DNA from: Haliotis cracherodii
Lineage: Eukaryota
DNA: 64,000 nucleotides
NCBI RefSeq assembly: GCF_022045235.1
Contig: NW_027266265.1
Coordinates: 30,876,001 to 30,940,000, forward strand
Direction of reading: 5' to 3'
Shown here: positions 39,601 through 52,092 of the stretch, one piece after another
How the letters are laid out: the number at the start of each line of letters is the position of its first letter
Position numbering within the stretch: the first letter of the stretch is position 1
Notes under the pieces: generated by a model
What the model saw: only the letters and a program-made list of their open reading frames with translations
What the model was told of the DNA's origin: nothing
Database searches by the model: none
Made by a program: the position numbers and the translations under genes

Positions 39601-42247
39601 TTTCCTCAGATGCAAGGAAACATAAAATTGTGGATAAAAAGTTTTTTTCAGATTTTTCTTTTAGCTTATAAGACGCTTAAACTGTTCATTGGATTTGGTC
39701 AAAAATGTAAACACTCGGGGTCGGCGATGAAAGGGTTTTTCCGTTGCCTGCATGCGCCACGTGGTCTTTCTCTCGCATGCCGCTGTCGAATTCGTTTCAA
39801 TATAAGGTAACCCCTCGATGCTTTTGTTTTGTTCCGGTATTACTTGGATTTAAACGGTTTATATGACAGATAAGATATATGTACTCCCACTCTGTTTCGA
39901 CTGAAAATCAGCCCGAGGTCTTTTCCCGAGCTCGAGGTTTTACATTTTGAACCCAAACCTGGGAGTGTTTTATCCTTTATGTACGACCCGCTAAGCTAGC
40001 TAGGTCAGTCATTCCTTGTTCCACAGGCGGCTCTGATCCCGTCTCTCCTCATGAACGACCCTCCCAGCTACGTCAGTTACTTAATGTTCAACAGGCGGCT
40101 CTGATCCTGTCTCTCTTCATGTACGACCCGCCCAGCTACGTCAGTTACTTTATGTTCAACAGGCGGCGCTGATCCTGTCTCTCTTCGTGTACGACCCGCC
40201 CAGCTACGTCAGTTACCTTAAGTTTCACAGGCGGCTCTGTGTCTCTCCTCATGAACGACCCGCCCAGCTACGTCAGTTACTTTATGTTCAACAGGCAGCT
40301 CTGATCCTGTCTCTCTTCGTGTACGACCCGCCCAGCTACGTCAGTTACCTTATGTTTCACAGGCGGCTCTGATCCTGTCTCTCCTCATGAACGACCCGCC
40401 CAGCTACGTCAGTTACTTTATGTTCAACAGGCGGCGTTGATCCTGTCTCTCTTCATGTACGACCCGCCCAGCTACGTCAGTTACTTTATGTTCAATGGGC
40501 GGCTCTGATCCTGTCTCTCTTCATGTACGACCCGCCCAGCTACGTCAGTTACTTTATGTTCAATGGGCGGCTCTGATCCTGTCTCTCTTCATGTACGACC
40601 CGCCCAGCTACGTCAGTTACTTTATGTTCAACAGGCGGCGTTGATCCTGTCTCTCTTCATGTACGACCCGCCCAGCTACGTCAGTTACTTTATGTTCAAT
40701 GGGCGGCTCTGATCCTGTCTCTCTTCATGAACGACCCGCCCAGCTACGTCAGTTACTTTATGTTCAACAGGCGGCTCTGATCCTGTCTCTCCTCATGAAC
40801 GACCCGCCCAGCTACGTCAGTTACTTTATGTTCAATGGGCGGCTCTGATCCTGTCTCTCTTCATGTACGACCCGCCCAGCTACGTCAGTTACTTTATGTT
40901 CAATGGGCGGCTCTGATCCTGTCTCTCTTCATGTACGACCCGCCCAGCTACGTCAGTTACTTTATGTTCAATGGGCGGCTCTGATCCTGTCTCTCCTCAT
41001 GAACGACCCGCCCAGCTACGTCAGTTACCTTATGTTCAACAGGCGGCTCTGATCCTGTCTCTCCTCATGAACGACCCGCCCAGCTACGTCAGTTACTTTA
41101 TGTTCAATGGGCGGCTCTGATCCTGTCTCTCTTCATGTACGACCCGCCCAGCTACGTCAGTTACCTTATGTTCAACAGGCGGCTCTGATCCTGTCTCTCC
41201 TCATGTACGACCCGCCCAGCTACTTCAGTTACCTTAAGTTTCACAGGCGGCTCTGTGTCTCTCCTCATGAACGACCCGCCCAGCTACGTCAGTTACTTTA
41301 TGTTCAACAGGCAGCTCTGATCCTGTCTCTCTTCGTGTACGACCCGCCCAGCTACGTCAGTTACCTTATGTTTCACAGGCGGCTCTGACCCTGTCTCTCT
41401 TCATGTACGACCCGCCCAGCTACGTCAGTTACTTTATGTTTCACAGGCGGCTCTGATCCTGTCTCTCCTCATGAACGACCCGCCCAGCTACGTCAGTTAC
41501 TTTATGTTCAACAGGCGGCGTTGATCCTGTCTCTCCTCATGAACGACCCGCCCAGCTACGTCAGTTACTTTATGTTCAACAGGCGGCTCTGATCCTGTCT
41601 CTCCTCATGTACGACCCGCCCAGCTACGTCAGTTACTTTATGTTCAACAGGCGGCTCTGATCCTGTCTCTCTTCATGTACGACCCGCCCAGCTACGTCAG
41701 TTACCTTATGTTCAACAGGCGGCTCTGATCCTGTCTCTCTTCATGTACGACCCGCCCAGCTACGTCAGTTACCTTATGTTCAACAGGCGGCTCTGATCCT
41801 GTCTCTCTTCATGTAAGACCCGCCCAGCTACGTCAGTTACTTTATGTTCAACAGGCGGCTCTGATCCTGTCTCTCTTCGTGTACGACCCGCCCAGCTAAG
41901 TCAGTTACTTTATGTTCAACAGGCGGCTCTGATCCTGTCTCTCTTCATGTACGACCCGCCCAGCTACGGGGCATACGTATATCCAGTTTACGCCAAAGTT
42001 GTTGGAATCCTTATGGCGGTTGTCATGACTTTACCGATACTGGTCATGATGATCTACCAGGTCGCCCAGAGGGACGGGACCATCATGCAGGTATGTTAAC
42101 CTTGGTAGGCGTTGTGTCAAGTTTAATGAGCACAATATGAGCGCTATGTGGAGGCCACATCACGAATCGGTGTTAATTATAGGATTTAAAGCGTTGCACA
42201 ATACACATAATCATTTATTCACATGCCCTGTACACGTCTGAAAGGAG

Positions 42248-42283
<36 letters not shown>

Positions 42284-43398
42284 TGTAGTTGTTTATTAAG
42301 TTGTGATAAACATAATTTGCTGATTTGCTGTCAGGAGATAAACCTATCTAAAACAAATTGTTCTAACTCACATGGTGGTCGTTTCCGCGATGCACACGTT
42401 TCATTGCATAAACATAATAGGAAGATAAGGAAAAGGAGTGCATCACAGTTGAAAGTGCAAGTGTGCCTTATCTTGCGTACTTCATCAGTACCGTTCTGTT
42501 CGTCTTTACTAAATGTGAGCTCACATTAAATACATATTGTTTACATTGATTTGTTTTCAACACACTCAGCTCTTTCATTTGCGTTAAAGTTATGTTTTCC
42601 CGAGTACACCGAGGCTTTTTATTATGTAATTGAAAATTGAAAGATATTTTGTTAAATTTGATTATGACTATTTGATTATGTCTATTTAACTATCTCTCAT
42701 TCCCGCAACAGTTTGTAAAATGTAATCTGTAGCTTGGTAATTAGTGTAAAATTATACTAGTTCAATGAAGACTGTAGTAAGAAATGAATTTGCCATCACA
42801 TCAACCCCTGCCATGTTTGACATGTTGTAAATTTGTGCCGAAAAGACAAACAAATTATTGATTGTCAAAGATCAGATGACAAAGATACTCATCAGCAGTT
42901 GTGGACAATGCGAAAAGCTCTTGGGTTTTTTGTAACTTTTAATAGGTTTATATCAAATTATATTCTGATAAATAAAACCATGTAGAAGTATTCGTTGAGT
43001 GCTGACTGGATGTAATGTCGCTAACTTAAGATATTTTCAAATGGAAAAAAAAACATAGTTACGATAAAAACAACTAAGAGGTTTAGTTTCATTTGCTGCT
43101 GAGTTAAATACCTTCTTGCTTGCTAAATCTAGCAAGAACCATATACTCTTGTACTACTAGAACTCTACTATTACTCTTGATAACTATCACTGATATATTT
43201 TCTAATTATTTGTTTTCATCGCATTGGAATCTATGTAAATGATATTTTTCTGTTATCCAGCGTCTCAAACTCGCAACTGTGCCTTCTCTTGCCTGGGGCC
43301 CTGCTCGGACCGAACACAGGAAACTGTATCTGGAAAGAGATCCTCAGCATGGGGTGCTTATGGTGCCGGTGGCCATGGACCCTGCGTGCCTGGCGTAG
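27663..43398 (+). CDS. SLC6/NSS-family transporter, tandem paralog 2, 13 coding exons, 602 aa if the last exon-12 acceptor is used
   Basis: Exons 27663-27816, 27944-28075, 28363-28636, 29395-29527, 31780-31914, 33224-33327, 33486-33610, 34188-34300, 34526-34657, 34825-34924, 38911-39011, 41923-42090, 43261-43398 (1809 nt, ends TAG). Internal exon lengths equal those of paralog 1 and the frame is open. Several conserved residues are substituted, and exon 12 is preceded by an array of truncated copies. Confidence 0.88.
28900..29110 (+). mobile_element. Possible IS630-Tc1-mariner-type transposase N-terminal fragment
   Basis: [18 protein letters not shown]...[18 protein letters not shown] resembles the HTH N-termini of DDE transposases; no catalytic domain is visible. 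Confidence 0.35.
29915..31600. repeat. 45-bp minisatellite (about 36-37 copies) in intron 4 of SLC6 paralog 2
   Basis: Unit approx. CTGCAGAGAGATACACAGTGGGTACTGTATCCTACCCTAGATACC; AGATACACAG recurs at 30201, 30246 and 30291. Confidence 0.95.
33768..33930. repeat. Short tandem repeat of about 25 bp (aactgacaacatgactatgtaaatg), about 6 copies
   Basis: gaact(g/a)aca recurs at 33790, 33815, 33841, 33866, 33892 and 33918. Confidence 0.8.
37729..37889 (-). mobile_element. tRNA-derived SINE family 2
   Basis: GGGGGCGGTCGGGTAGCCTAGTGGTTAAAGCG...GGGTTCGATTCCC head and ...AATATTGCTAAAGGCGGCGTAAAACC tail. Confidence 0.85.
38504..38860. mobile_element. MITE-like element with about 45-bp imperfect terminal inverted repeats
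   Basis: ctgaaattttcaccttggcaatttacaaaacgccaaaa vs ttttggcatttgtaaactgcaagtgaaaatttcag. Confidence 0.6.
40004..41967 (+). repeat. 68-bp tandem array built from the exon-12 splice acceptor plus the first 45 coding nt of SLC6 paralog 2 (28 truncated copies, then the full exon)
   Basis: Unit: GCGGCTCTGATCCTGTCTCTCTTCATGTACGACCCGCCCAGCTAC + gtcagttactttatgttcaacag. Exon-like starts at 40027, 40095, 40163, 40231, 40295 ... 41855, 41923, spaced 68 bp (64 bp for two units with a 4-nt deletion). Confidence 0.97.
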
Positions 43399-44551
43399 AC
43401 CAATCTAATTTGGGTACATAATTTGCTGAGGTATACATACATTCACGTGACTAGTATTGTTACTGATGAGGAGAGAGCAATGGTTATCTTCGAAGTCTGG
43501 GAACCTAATCCTTGTCCTTTTGGGGCAAGTAAGTAAAAAGGACATTCTATTATATCTACTCCTAATAATATTAAATACAGTGTGTGTGTATTGGGGAGGG
43601 GTGGGGAGAGCGCTGTGATATTTTAAGAATATAATCTGGTCCGACAGGAAGTAAACAGAAATCGTTTACTGCACATTCTTGATGTTTTGAAATGTATTGT
43701 GATATGGGACAAATTTTTAAAAATTGTTCTTCCTTTCAGAGAAAAAGATAGCAAGTCTCCAAACTAGCACTGCTCTTTTTGTTCGGAGGACTGCATGCTG
43801 TTGGTGACCTAGTACCGTTGCTGTAGATGGTTCTCACGTGGACTTTAATAGCATTGGTAACCATTCGTGCAGTCTGGTCAGCATGCAGTCGTCTTAAAGC
43901 ATGGTTTCTCTGATTCTCATGAAGTCAGGTTTCTTTTGTACCCCACCACCTTTGGTATGTTTTTTTTTTGTCAAACCGTATTTGTATATTAACATCGGTT
44001 CACAATAATAACATCCCTTGTTATGAGAAGATTATTTACATACATGCTTTCATAGAATCCCAGAGTTTAATTCCGAACATGCCACCAGAATGAGTTGACA
44101 TTACGACCATGGATACGAAATCCGATTGGCAAATCACTGAAAAGGGTATTGACGTTTTGCCCCCGGAGCTTCGTAGAGGAACAAGTACTATCCATATTTT
44201 GGTCAGCGAGATCTCCCGTTATTCTAACTGTTGATAATCACATGACACACGATAAGTTATCCTCACAATATGACCTCCATTTTGTAGCAGACGCATCGCA
44301 ACCTGTCTGCACAAAGCTGGACTCCCTTGGTCTGCGGGTAACCAGCTGGCAATCGGGGGATGTAGATTTAGTATTCTTATGAAGATGTCACCATAACAGC
44401 CTCAAGGATGAGTTTGACAGTAGCCAATTTGTCCTTATGCGTGTCCTTAGTAACGTAATCAACATTCAGTTATTGGAAACTCTTTATGGTTTCAGGTATT
44501 TCTTTTATATATATAAACAGTAAATAAATGTTAACTCCCGGGAATTGGATA

Positions 44552-44945
44552 TTATATAGAGAATCCCGCCCAAGTGTCTTTTGATATCAAATATATCTAC
44601 ACGAGTCAATAAAAAGTTTAAAACCCCGAGGCTTGCCGAGGAGGTTTAAACTTTTATCGCCGCGTGTTGATATATTTGATATCAAAAGACACAAAGGTGA
44701 CACTCTGTTTATCATCCAACACCATTCTTCATTTTTTCAGTTTGTAGAAAGTAATAAGCAGAGTTTTCAATGTAAAAAGTACTGCTAACAGCTTTAGTAG
44801 CAGAGCCATTAGTCATAATGACGTCATAATGGTCTGCAAAGCATTGTAAAGCAATTTCATTGCAGCGATATCTACAATGTAGATATCGCTTGATCTCACC
44901 CAAGCGATATCTCCTGTGGGGGCCAGTTTTGGATGATAAATTAAT
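44552..44945. mobile_element. Non-autonomous element with a 119-bp internal palindrome (Crypton-like)
   Basis: Imperfect palindrome 44574-44692 (gtgtcttttgatatcaaatatatc...gatatatttgatatcaaaagacac) around ccgaggcttgccgagg; an inverted second copy lies at about 47772-48236. Confidence 0.6.
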
Positions 44946-46068
44946 CAAACATCCTTTCTAATACGTTTAACTGCTCTTGTGTGAATATACCTAACACCTA
45001 ACAACGAAAGTAGGGGCAATGGCCTATACGCCTGGAAAAAATATGAGTATAAATCCCCCACATAACCGTGTCCGATATGCTATTCCTTGTTTTACCATGG
45101 TCCATCTTTGCCAGTGATGAGTGGGACCGTTTCCGTAAGCGAAATATTGGACCGTTTTAGCTAGGGTTTGTGCTGTCGCACATGGAGCGGTCATGCATAA
45201 TTCAAGCAAATGGCGGATACAGAGAGGATAGAACTTAACACACAATCATGTGTGTCATCTCTGGATTATCTTTTTGGTTTAGAAGCCGCCCTCGATTGGC
45301 AGAAGAATCGCTGTGCGGTGTCATGATCAGGCAACAAACAAACACTTACTCTTAAAAAACACTCTTTTCCCTTTTACGCCAAGTGGAATCTGCTTCGGTG
45401 GATAATCTCTGGCGTTAACGTTTACCATATTACCAAATGAGTTAGTTACAATGTAGTTGTACGTTTACCCTTAGTACATCGTATAGGAAACATCGCAAAG
45501 ACATGGATATTTCCTTCTGCAAACTAGATTCACCGGTTAAATGTCGACGTCATGGTCAAATGTACTGTTCATTCAATATGTTATCGTGATAGTGTTGTAA
45601 CTGTTGTTTCGCATTTTGCTTATGCATTACAAACACCAGGGCGCGACAAAACCGTTTTCCTTATTTAGAGAAGCGCACGTAAAAGGAACACGTCACAGTA
45701 TGATGACACGTCAATATCTGTATGATTCCCCTCAGAGCTATTATCATTATGTTAGTTGTGACCGGGGAGTTACTACGTAGATAACTTAAGGCGTACAGGT
45801 ATTATTCATACTCGCAAACCATTCCTACCCCAAAATCCACAAGGGCAGTATTTGAGACGCACACCTGTTCATTTGCGTTCAGTATTTGCCTTCGATTAGA
45901 ATCAGTGGTAGAATATTGAAGTACATTATTATTATTATTATTCCCCGGAGTGTTTAAGATTTGTTGCCAAGAAAGAAATGTATCTTGCATGTAGAACATT
46001 ACTTTAATATTAAGTGATTTTATTAACATTATATTCATATGCAACAATCATATATCACTAGAATGGTC

Positions 46069-46300
46069 GACACGTGAAGATCCGAGGTCTTCAGCAACCC
46101 ATGCTTGCCGTAAAAGGCCACTATGCTTGTTAGGGGCGACTAATGGGCTTGGGTTGTCAGGTTCGCTGACTTGGTTGATGCATGTCATCGACCCCAATTG
46201 CGTGGATCGTCACTGGATTATCTATTCCAGACTCGATTATTTACAAACCGACGTCATATAGCTGGAACATTGCTGAGTGTGACGTTAAACAACAAACAAC
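46069..46300 (+). mobile_element. SINE-like family 1 copy
   Basis: gacacgtgaagatccg...gcttgccgtaaaagg...gctggaacattgctgagtgtgacgttaaacaacaaac. Confidence 0.8.
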
Positions 46301-47771
46301 ACTAGAAGGGTCATTTTTTTTTATATTGCGTCGGTAGGAAGAACAAAAACGTAATGTTCAATTCTTTAAAGTGTTTACATTGGAACAATTTCACACACGG
46401 CTTGGAGTAGCAATTTCAGGTTCGGTGGTAATATAAAGTGTACTATACCATTTCAAATGTTGTTTAAATTCGGCAGAGCGATGTGCGAAGTAATAAAAAA
46501 TAAAACGCCTATTACTGAATATTAATTACTTCACTCTACGAATTAATGAGTGGGTGAGTCAACTTTATGATCACGCCAGCAGTATTTCAGCCATATTGAG
46601 ACAGGAACATTCCATAACTTTTCATGTATAAAAATGTGTGGACAAAGAACAGTAAAATAGCCAGTAACGTCAGTATATAACAGACTAGCATTTAAAACAA
46701 GATAAAGAATTCCAAAGGATTTAACTATTAAACAACGATGCAATATACACTTCATGCTCTAGTTTGCCAACAAACAAAGGTTCGCAATTTACCTAGGGAC
46801 AGTGGGGACTAACATTACCCCTGCTCCATGGTTCCATTGCAGCGTGTTTTGGGTGCTGCAGGTATTTGTGTCTATGCTGTGGTGGAAGCACCCCACCTAC
46901 AACATAATATGTAAAGGCTGGTCGTCAGGAAAACACACCTTCTACAACAGGTTAGTCATTTCTGAAGGTTGATATTCTCGTCATCCATTCCATTTGTCCA
47001 CGGCGCATTTGTTGTAACGCAAAGAACACATTGTGTAAACATTGTGGACAAAGAGGTGACACTATGTTGGGCGTCGTTCGTGAAGTAGAACATTGAATAG
47101 GACAGGTTCAACAGTTCAAACAAACTGGCTATGTGGCAGGATCACGAGACTGAAAGCCAGAGACTTTGAAGAAAGAGATCTATACTTTGTGATCCTTAAT
47201 CGCCAAAATACCTAAGAACATAGCTACCGATCGTTCTGCGAACCCAACAGAAGTCCATATCGATCTTGGCATACAATAGTCATTGGAAAATGTGAAAGAG
47301 TCTGAATAAACATAGCTTATATACACAGATACAGTTCTGAATACGTTGCCTATAGAATTATTCGGTTGAGGTTGTATTGGCAAAACACCATATTAACAAA
47401 TCAATATATAGAGGCTTGTGGCGTTTCAAGTATGAGCTCTTGATACTACGTTGTTTTTTACTTTAGCTCATTTAGCACTGGGGTCTAACACCACCTTTAT
47501 GTCACGCTTCTTTGTAGAATGTGTGTCTTTGGATAACTCTTCCGACATATAAACAAAATGTGGTTGTAAATCCTATTGACTGTGACTATACTGATACATT
47601 ATTAGAACGGTGTTCTACTTGTTCTTTCTTTTAACATAACCGTTCTACATTTTTGTTAAGACTGATTACTATAAACATACCTGGTTATCTAATTACTGGT
47701 ATTATCAAACATACCCATTGTTCTACATACCCACTATGCTAATTAATGTAATACTTAAATATTAATATATG

Positions 47772-48236
47772 TTTTATCATCCAAAACTGGCTTACACGGG
47801 ATATATCGCTTGGGTGAGATCACGCAAAACCTCATGTGAGATATCACTAGAATGAAATTGCATCCAAATGCCTCGCTGACCATTGTGACGTCCTCGGTTA
47901 CCATGACATCACATTCAAATCGAATCTGGACCAGACAATCCCGTGATTCACCTCATGAGCATCGATCTACGCAAATGGGATTTGAGGGCATGCATCTACC
48001 TTATCAGCGAGCCTGACCATCTGATCCCGTTAGTCGCTTCGTACCACAAGCAAGGGTTGTTGAAGACCCATTCTAACCCGGACCTTAACGGGTGCCAGAA
48101 TCTGTCTGCCACTAGCCGTGCTAACTGAACAAGTTGGATGAAGGATTTTAGATCATAAATAGAAAGCCTTTGATTTTTTAACCTTTTTAAACTCGTGCTG
48201 ATATAGTTAATATCAAAAGACACTCGGGTGAGATTA
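47772..48236. mobile_element. Inverted second copy of the palindrome-bearing element, split by a SINE
   Basis: ttttatcatccaaaactggc and atatcgcttgggtgagatca are reverse complements of 44885-44940; tatcaaaagacac at about 48210-48222. Confidence 0.6.
47920..48093 (-). mobile_element. SINE-like family 1 copy nested in a palindrome-bearing element
   Basis: ctggaccagacaatcc...gatcccgttagtcgc...ttctaacccggaccttaacggg. Confidence 0.8.
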
Positions 48237-48254
48237 GCTTTGTTGTAATTGCTT

Positions 48255-49100
48255 ATAATATTCACCGTTCCCGTTGTTCTAATTACTGATACTATTTACC
48301 ATTCCTGTTATAATTCCTTATATTATTTAATATTGCTGTTGTTCTAATTACTTTTATCTTTTACCCTTCCTAATGGTATACTTACTAATATTATTTACCA
48401 TACATGTTGTTCTAATTGCTGAGATTATTTTAAAAAATTGTTGTTCAACTTACTCATATTATTTACCATACCTGTTGTTCTAACTGCTGATATTTCTTAC
48501 TATCCTTGTTCTAATCTCTTTAAATATGCACGTTGTTATAATTTCTGATATATTGAAATATACCCGTTCTGTTGACCAATCTCTATAAACATTCCCCTTA
48601 ATCTAAACATACCCGTTGTTCTTATTATTGAACACGTTGTTCTGTATACTTACATTATCAAACATATCCGTTATTTCGATTTCTGATATTATTTAACATA
48701 CCCGTTCTAATTACTGACCTATTTCAAATTGTCCGTTTGTCTATTTACTGATCTCTTCAAATATACGCCTTGTTTTAATTACATATATTTTTAAACATAA
48801 CCATTCATTTAATTAGTGGTATTGTGAAACATACCCGTTTTCTAATTACTGACCTCTTTCGACATATCCTATTTACCAATCGCTTAAAATATATCGGGGT
48901 TTTATACCTGATTTATAAAACGCATGTGTTTTCTAATTAGTGACTCTTTAACGGCTGTTGTAATTAAGTATTCAAATTATCGTTTTTATAATTGGTATTA
49001 TTAAACTTTCAAGTTTTTTTCACAAATGACAGCTTCCAACAAATCCGTATAATTACTGATGTGTTTAACCATAATTGTTGATCTTATTTGCTACCCTGAA
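48255..49100. repeat. Degenerate minisatellite of about 35 bp (catacccgttgttctaattactgatattattta)
   Basis: The motif recurs through 48255-49100 and also at about 47590-47770 and 49340-49410. Confidence 0.7.
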
Positions 49101-50646
49101 CTACCGGGACACAAAAAGTATACATTTTAAAATTGGAATTGACTAAAACAAATGCAAACCCTGTAAAAACGTTACTTGACTGAACACACCAGCCGAAACA
49201 CTGCAAACTTAAGGTTCAAAACTCAATGATACGCGTATCAATTTCACACATCACCATCGAATAACCATTTCTTCTTTGCTTCATTTTTAAAGCGTTTTAT
49301 TTTTTCCCGGAGGTATATTTATACACAGCCGTTGTTTGTACATACCCGTTTTAGCAACTGATATCAATAAACATACCCGGTCTCTTTAAACATATCCGTT
49401 CTAATTACTGTAATGCTTTAAAAGTGCTTGAATACTGCTAAAAGTGGCGCAAAGCCATACTCACTTACTCACTCACTCTCACTTACTCACTCACCCACTG
49501 TATGAATTACTGATATATATTTACATGTATCGCTTGATATTACAACTCTCATTCCACAGTCATAGCAGACTGGATATGACCGAATTTTGAGGTATGTTAT
49601 CTTTCATTTGAAAAATGTAAATTATACATTTGAGACCAAAAGTGTAAGTTTCTGATAGTCAAGAAAGAACCTTATTATATTCATAATAACATACTTTGAT
49701 TCTGAAGTTCAAAACAGAAGTATGACTATCCCTGAACGGAACCCGATAACCCAAAAAACAAAACTTGCATATTCATGCAATACTTCACCAGGCCCCGTTT
49801 ATTATCCAGGCTTCAGATATTTTTATTGGCGTTGTCTGCGTTGTACTCACTCAGCTGAGTGTAGTGCGGACTCTAATGGCTTTCGCTTGATAGTGTGTGG
49901 TGTCAATAGTGTTAGCGGAATAATGTCTCTCATACACTTGCAATATTTGCATAAATCCTATTGAAAGAGCACACTTTATATCGCCTACAGAAACGTTAAT
50001 GCTTGGTTACCCGTTGTTGTGAAGTGAAAATGTGTCTCTATTCTGTCTGTGCTTTCTGCAATCATATGTTAAATACTGTAAGGAGATATCGTTGTTGGAT
50101 TTTGTCGCTGGTGTCATTTTACTTTCGGCACCCCTGAGTACACCCACATGTACAGAAAATGGAAGCCATTAAGTGTTTTCTGAATATCTTAAGTTTCGTG
50201 CAACACAATCACAATATTTGATAACATGTTACATTCCAAAATCCTGAACTTGTGTACCCACAAAATTGTCAAAAATAAAATCAGTAACCTTATAATTCAT
50301 ATGACTTGTTCGTGACGTAATCGATCGGGTCGTTAAGGAGATGCCAATAATAAGTAAAACTGCAAATCCCTCACAAAAACATTAATAAACGTTTGCTTTG
50401 AACGCGGAATTCAGCAGTATTCCTCGGAATTTACTCGGAATCCCCGCGGGGTGTTAATGAATATAAAACAATGTGGATATTGTTACTTTTAATGTAGCCC
50501 CAACGAGTATTTTCAATCTGATACGACTTAAGTGGGCTTGGTAATAGCACCGCTGTAGGGTAAACAAGTGACGGATAACGGGGTAAAATACCTCCCCCGT
50601 ACTCCGATTATTTACAGACCTCTGTGATACAGCAAAGAAGAGTACG

Positions 50647-50709
50647 GGTGGGTGGTGGGGGGGTGGGGGCTGGGGGGTGGGGGTGGGGGGGGGGGGGGGG
50701 GTGACCGGG
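50647..50709. repeat. G-rich low-complexity tract
   Basis: gggtgggtggtggggggggtgggggctgggggg... Confidence 0.9.
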
Positions 50710-52092
50710 GTAATAATACGTGCTCTTTGTGCAACCACATACCGGTATTTTTATTAGTATTATTATTAGTATTAGTATTAACGCGGACGCGGTCAGGGGA
50801 TTGGAAAACTGACCATCTCCTTGGCAGACGCCCCATCCACTACACCATGCGGAGGGTTGAACTATCGTACCTACGGAAATATTAGAAAAATGCTTTTCTG
50901 GGTTCAATAATTAAATACGAATCATAGGGATATGAAAATATCATATATCAAAATAACACAAATCTACTTATTTTAGCCTACCTTCACTGACATTGTGATT
51001 AGCCTAAAAGGGTACTTTTACAAATAAAATTATGACAACCACAAAAAAATATTCGTGTGTTGTCATGCATCTATGAAACAGCCTGTACCCTGGGATAATA
51101 ATAATATTATTGCTTAACACCTCTCCTAAAGATATTACCTCACGCATTCGCATAGACTGTATTATGACGGAGTCGCATGCGCATATTTCTATATTCCGTT
51201 TCAGACTTCCCTCTTTGGACTTTTAATAACGCTGAACTTGCTGTTTGGGTTTAATTTCTTCACTGTAAAGTAGTCGATAAGACTCCTTGTAATTTAAATA
51301 CTTAAAACCACAGGCAGGTAAATCGGTAGTTACTCGTTATTTCAATAGCAACACTCTGTGAAACATTCAATCTTGTTTTACCGGGCAAAAAGCATTTTTT
51401 CTAACATTTCCGACAGTACTTTAGAGTGAGTGAGTATGGTTTTGCGCTTTTCTTTTATCAACATTCAAGCAGAAAGGCATCGTACATCTGTATAGAACAA
51501 CGGCCTCTGAGTGTCGAGTGAATCCCTTAACCAATAAGTTACCCAGGAGATAAAACACGTTTGTAATATATCACATTGGTTACGTGTATCGATTGACTAG
51601 ACCGGCGATAAGGAATTACACGTATCATGGTACTAGTGTCACTTTATCCAAGTAGAGGTCTAAAACAGTTATACAACATCGTGACTGTTAAATTTATATG
51701 AACCGAGGAGCTTTGTACAGCCACTGAGAAATTATTTGTGACAAACGATACATTGTATGTGTGAAAGCTAATGCTGAAGTGGAACGTTGAGTATAACAGA
51801 TGTTTTGACAGGAACGACCGACGTGTCGATCTATTTCGAGATCTTTTTACAAACTCAAAATGTCGTCTTGATGTTGTGTATTCAGTTACATAAATGCTCG
51901 TTCAGGCTTGATATTTTACCGTCCACTAAAAGCTGCAATATGGCTTTGACCTCGGCGTTAACAAACCACGATCAATTCAATTGCACGTTTTTCAAAGAAG
52001 ACCACCAACAGTTTCTACCCAATAAAAAGGAACCAGCTTATATGGTCCTGAACGAAAATGACAGCAAATGTATACCATAAATAATAGTAATA

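Noticed and set aside
40004-41967. CRISPR-like regular repeat
   Set aside because: No unique spacers and no cas genes; the context is eukaryotic and the unit derives from a host exon and acceptor.
43384-43398. Possible CaaX prenylation motif at the paralog-2 C-terminus (PACLA)
   Set aside because: The Cys is third from the end, not fourth.
50454-50907. Poly-Pro/poly-Gly ORFs
   Set aside because: Artefacts of the G-rich tract; G-quadruplex potential only, with no gene evidence.
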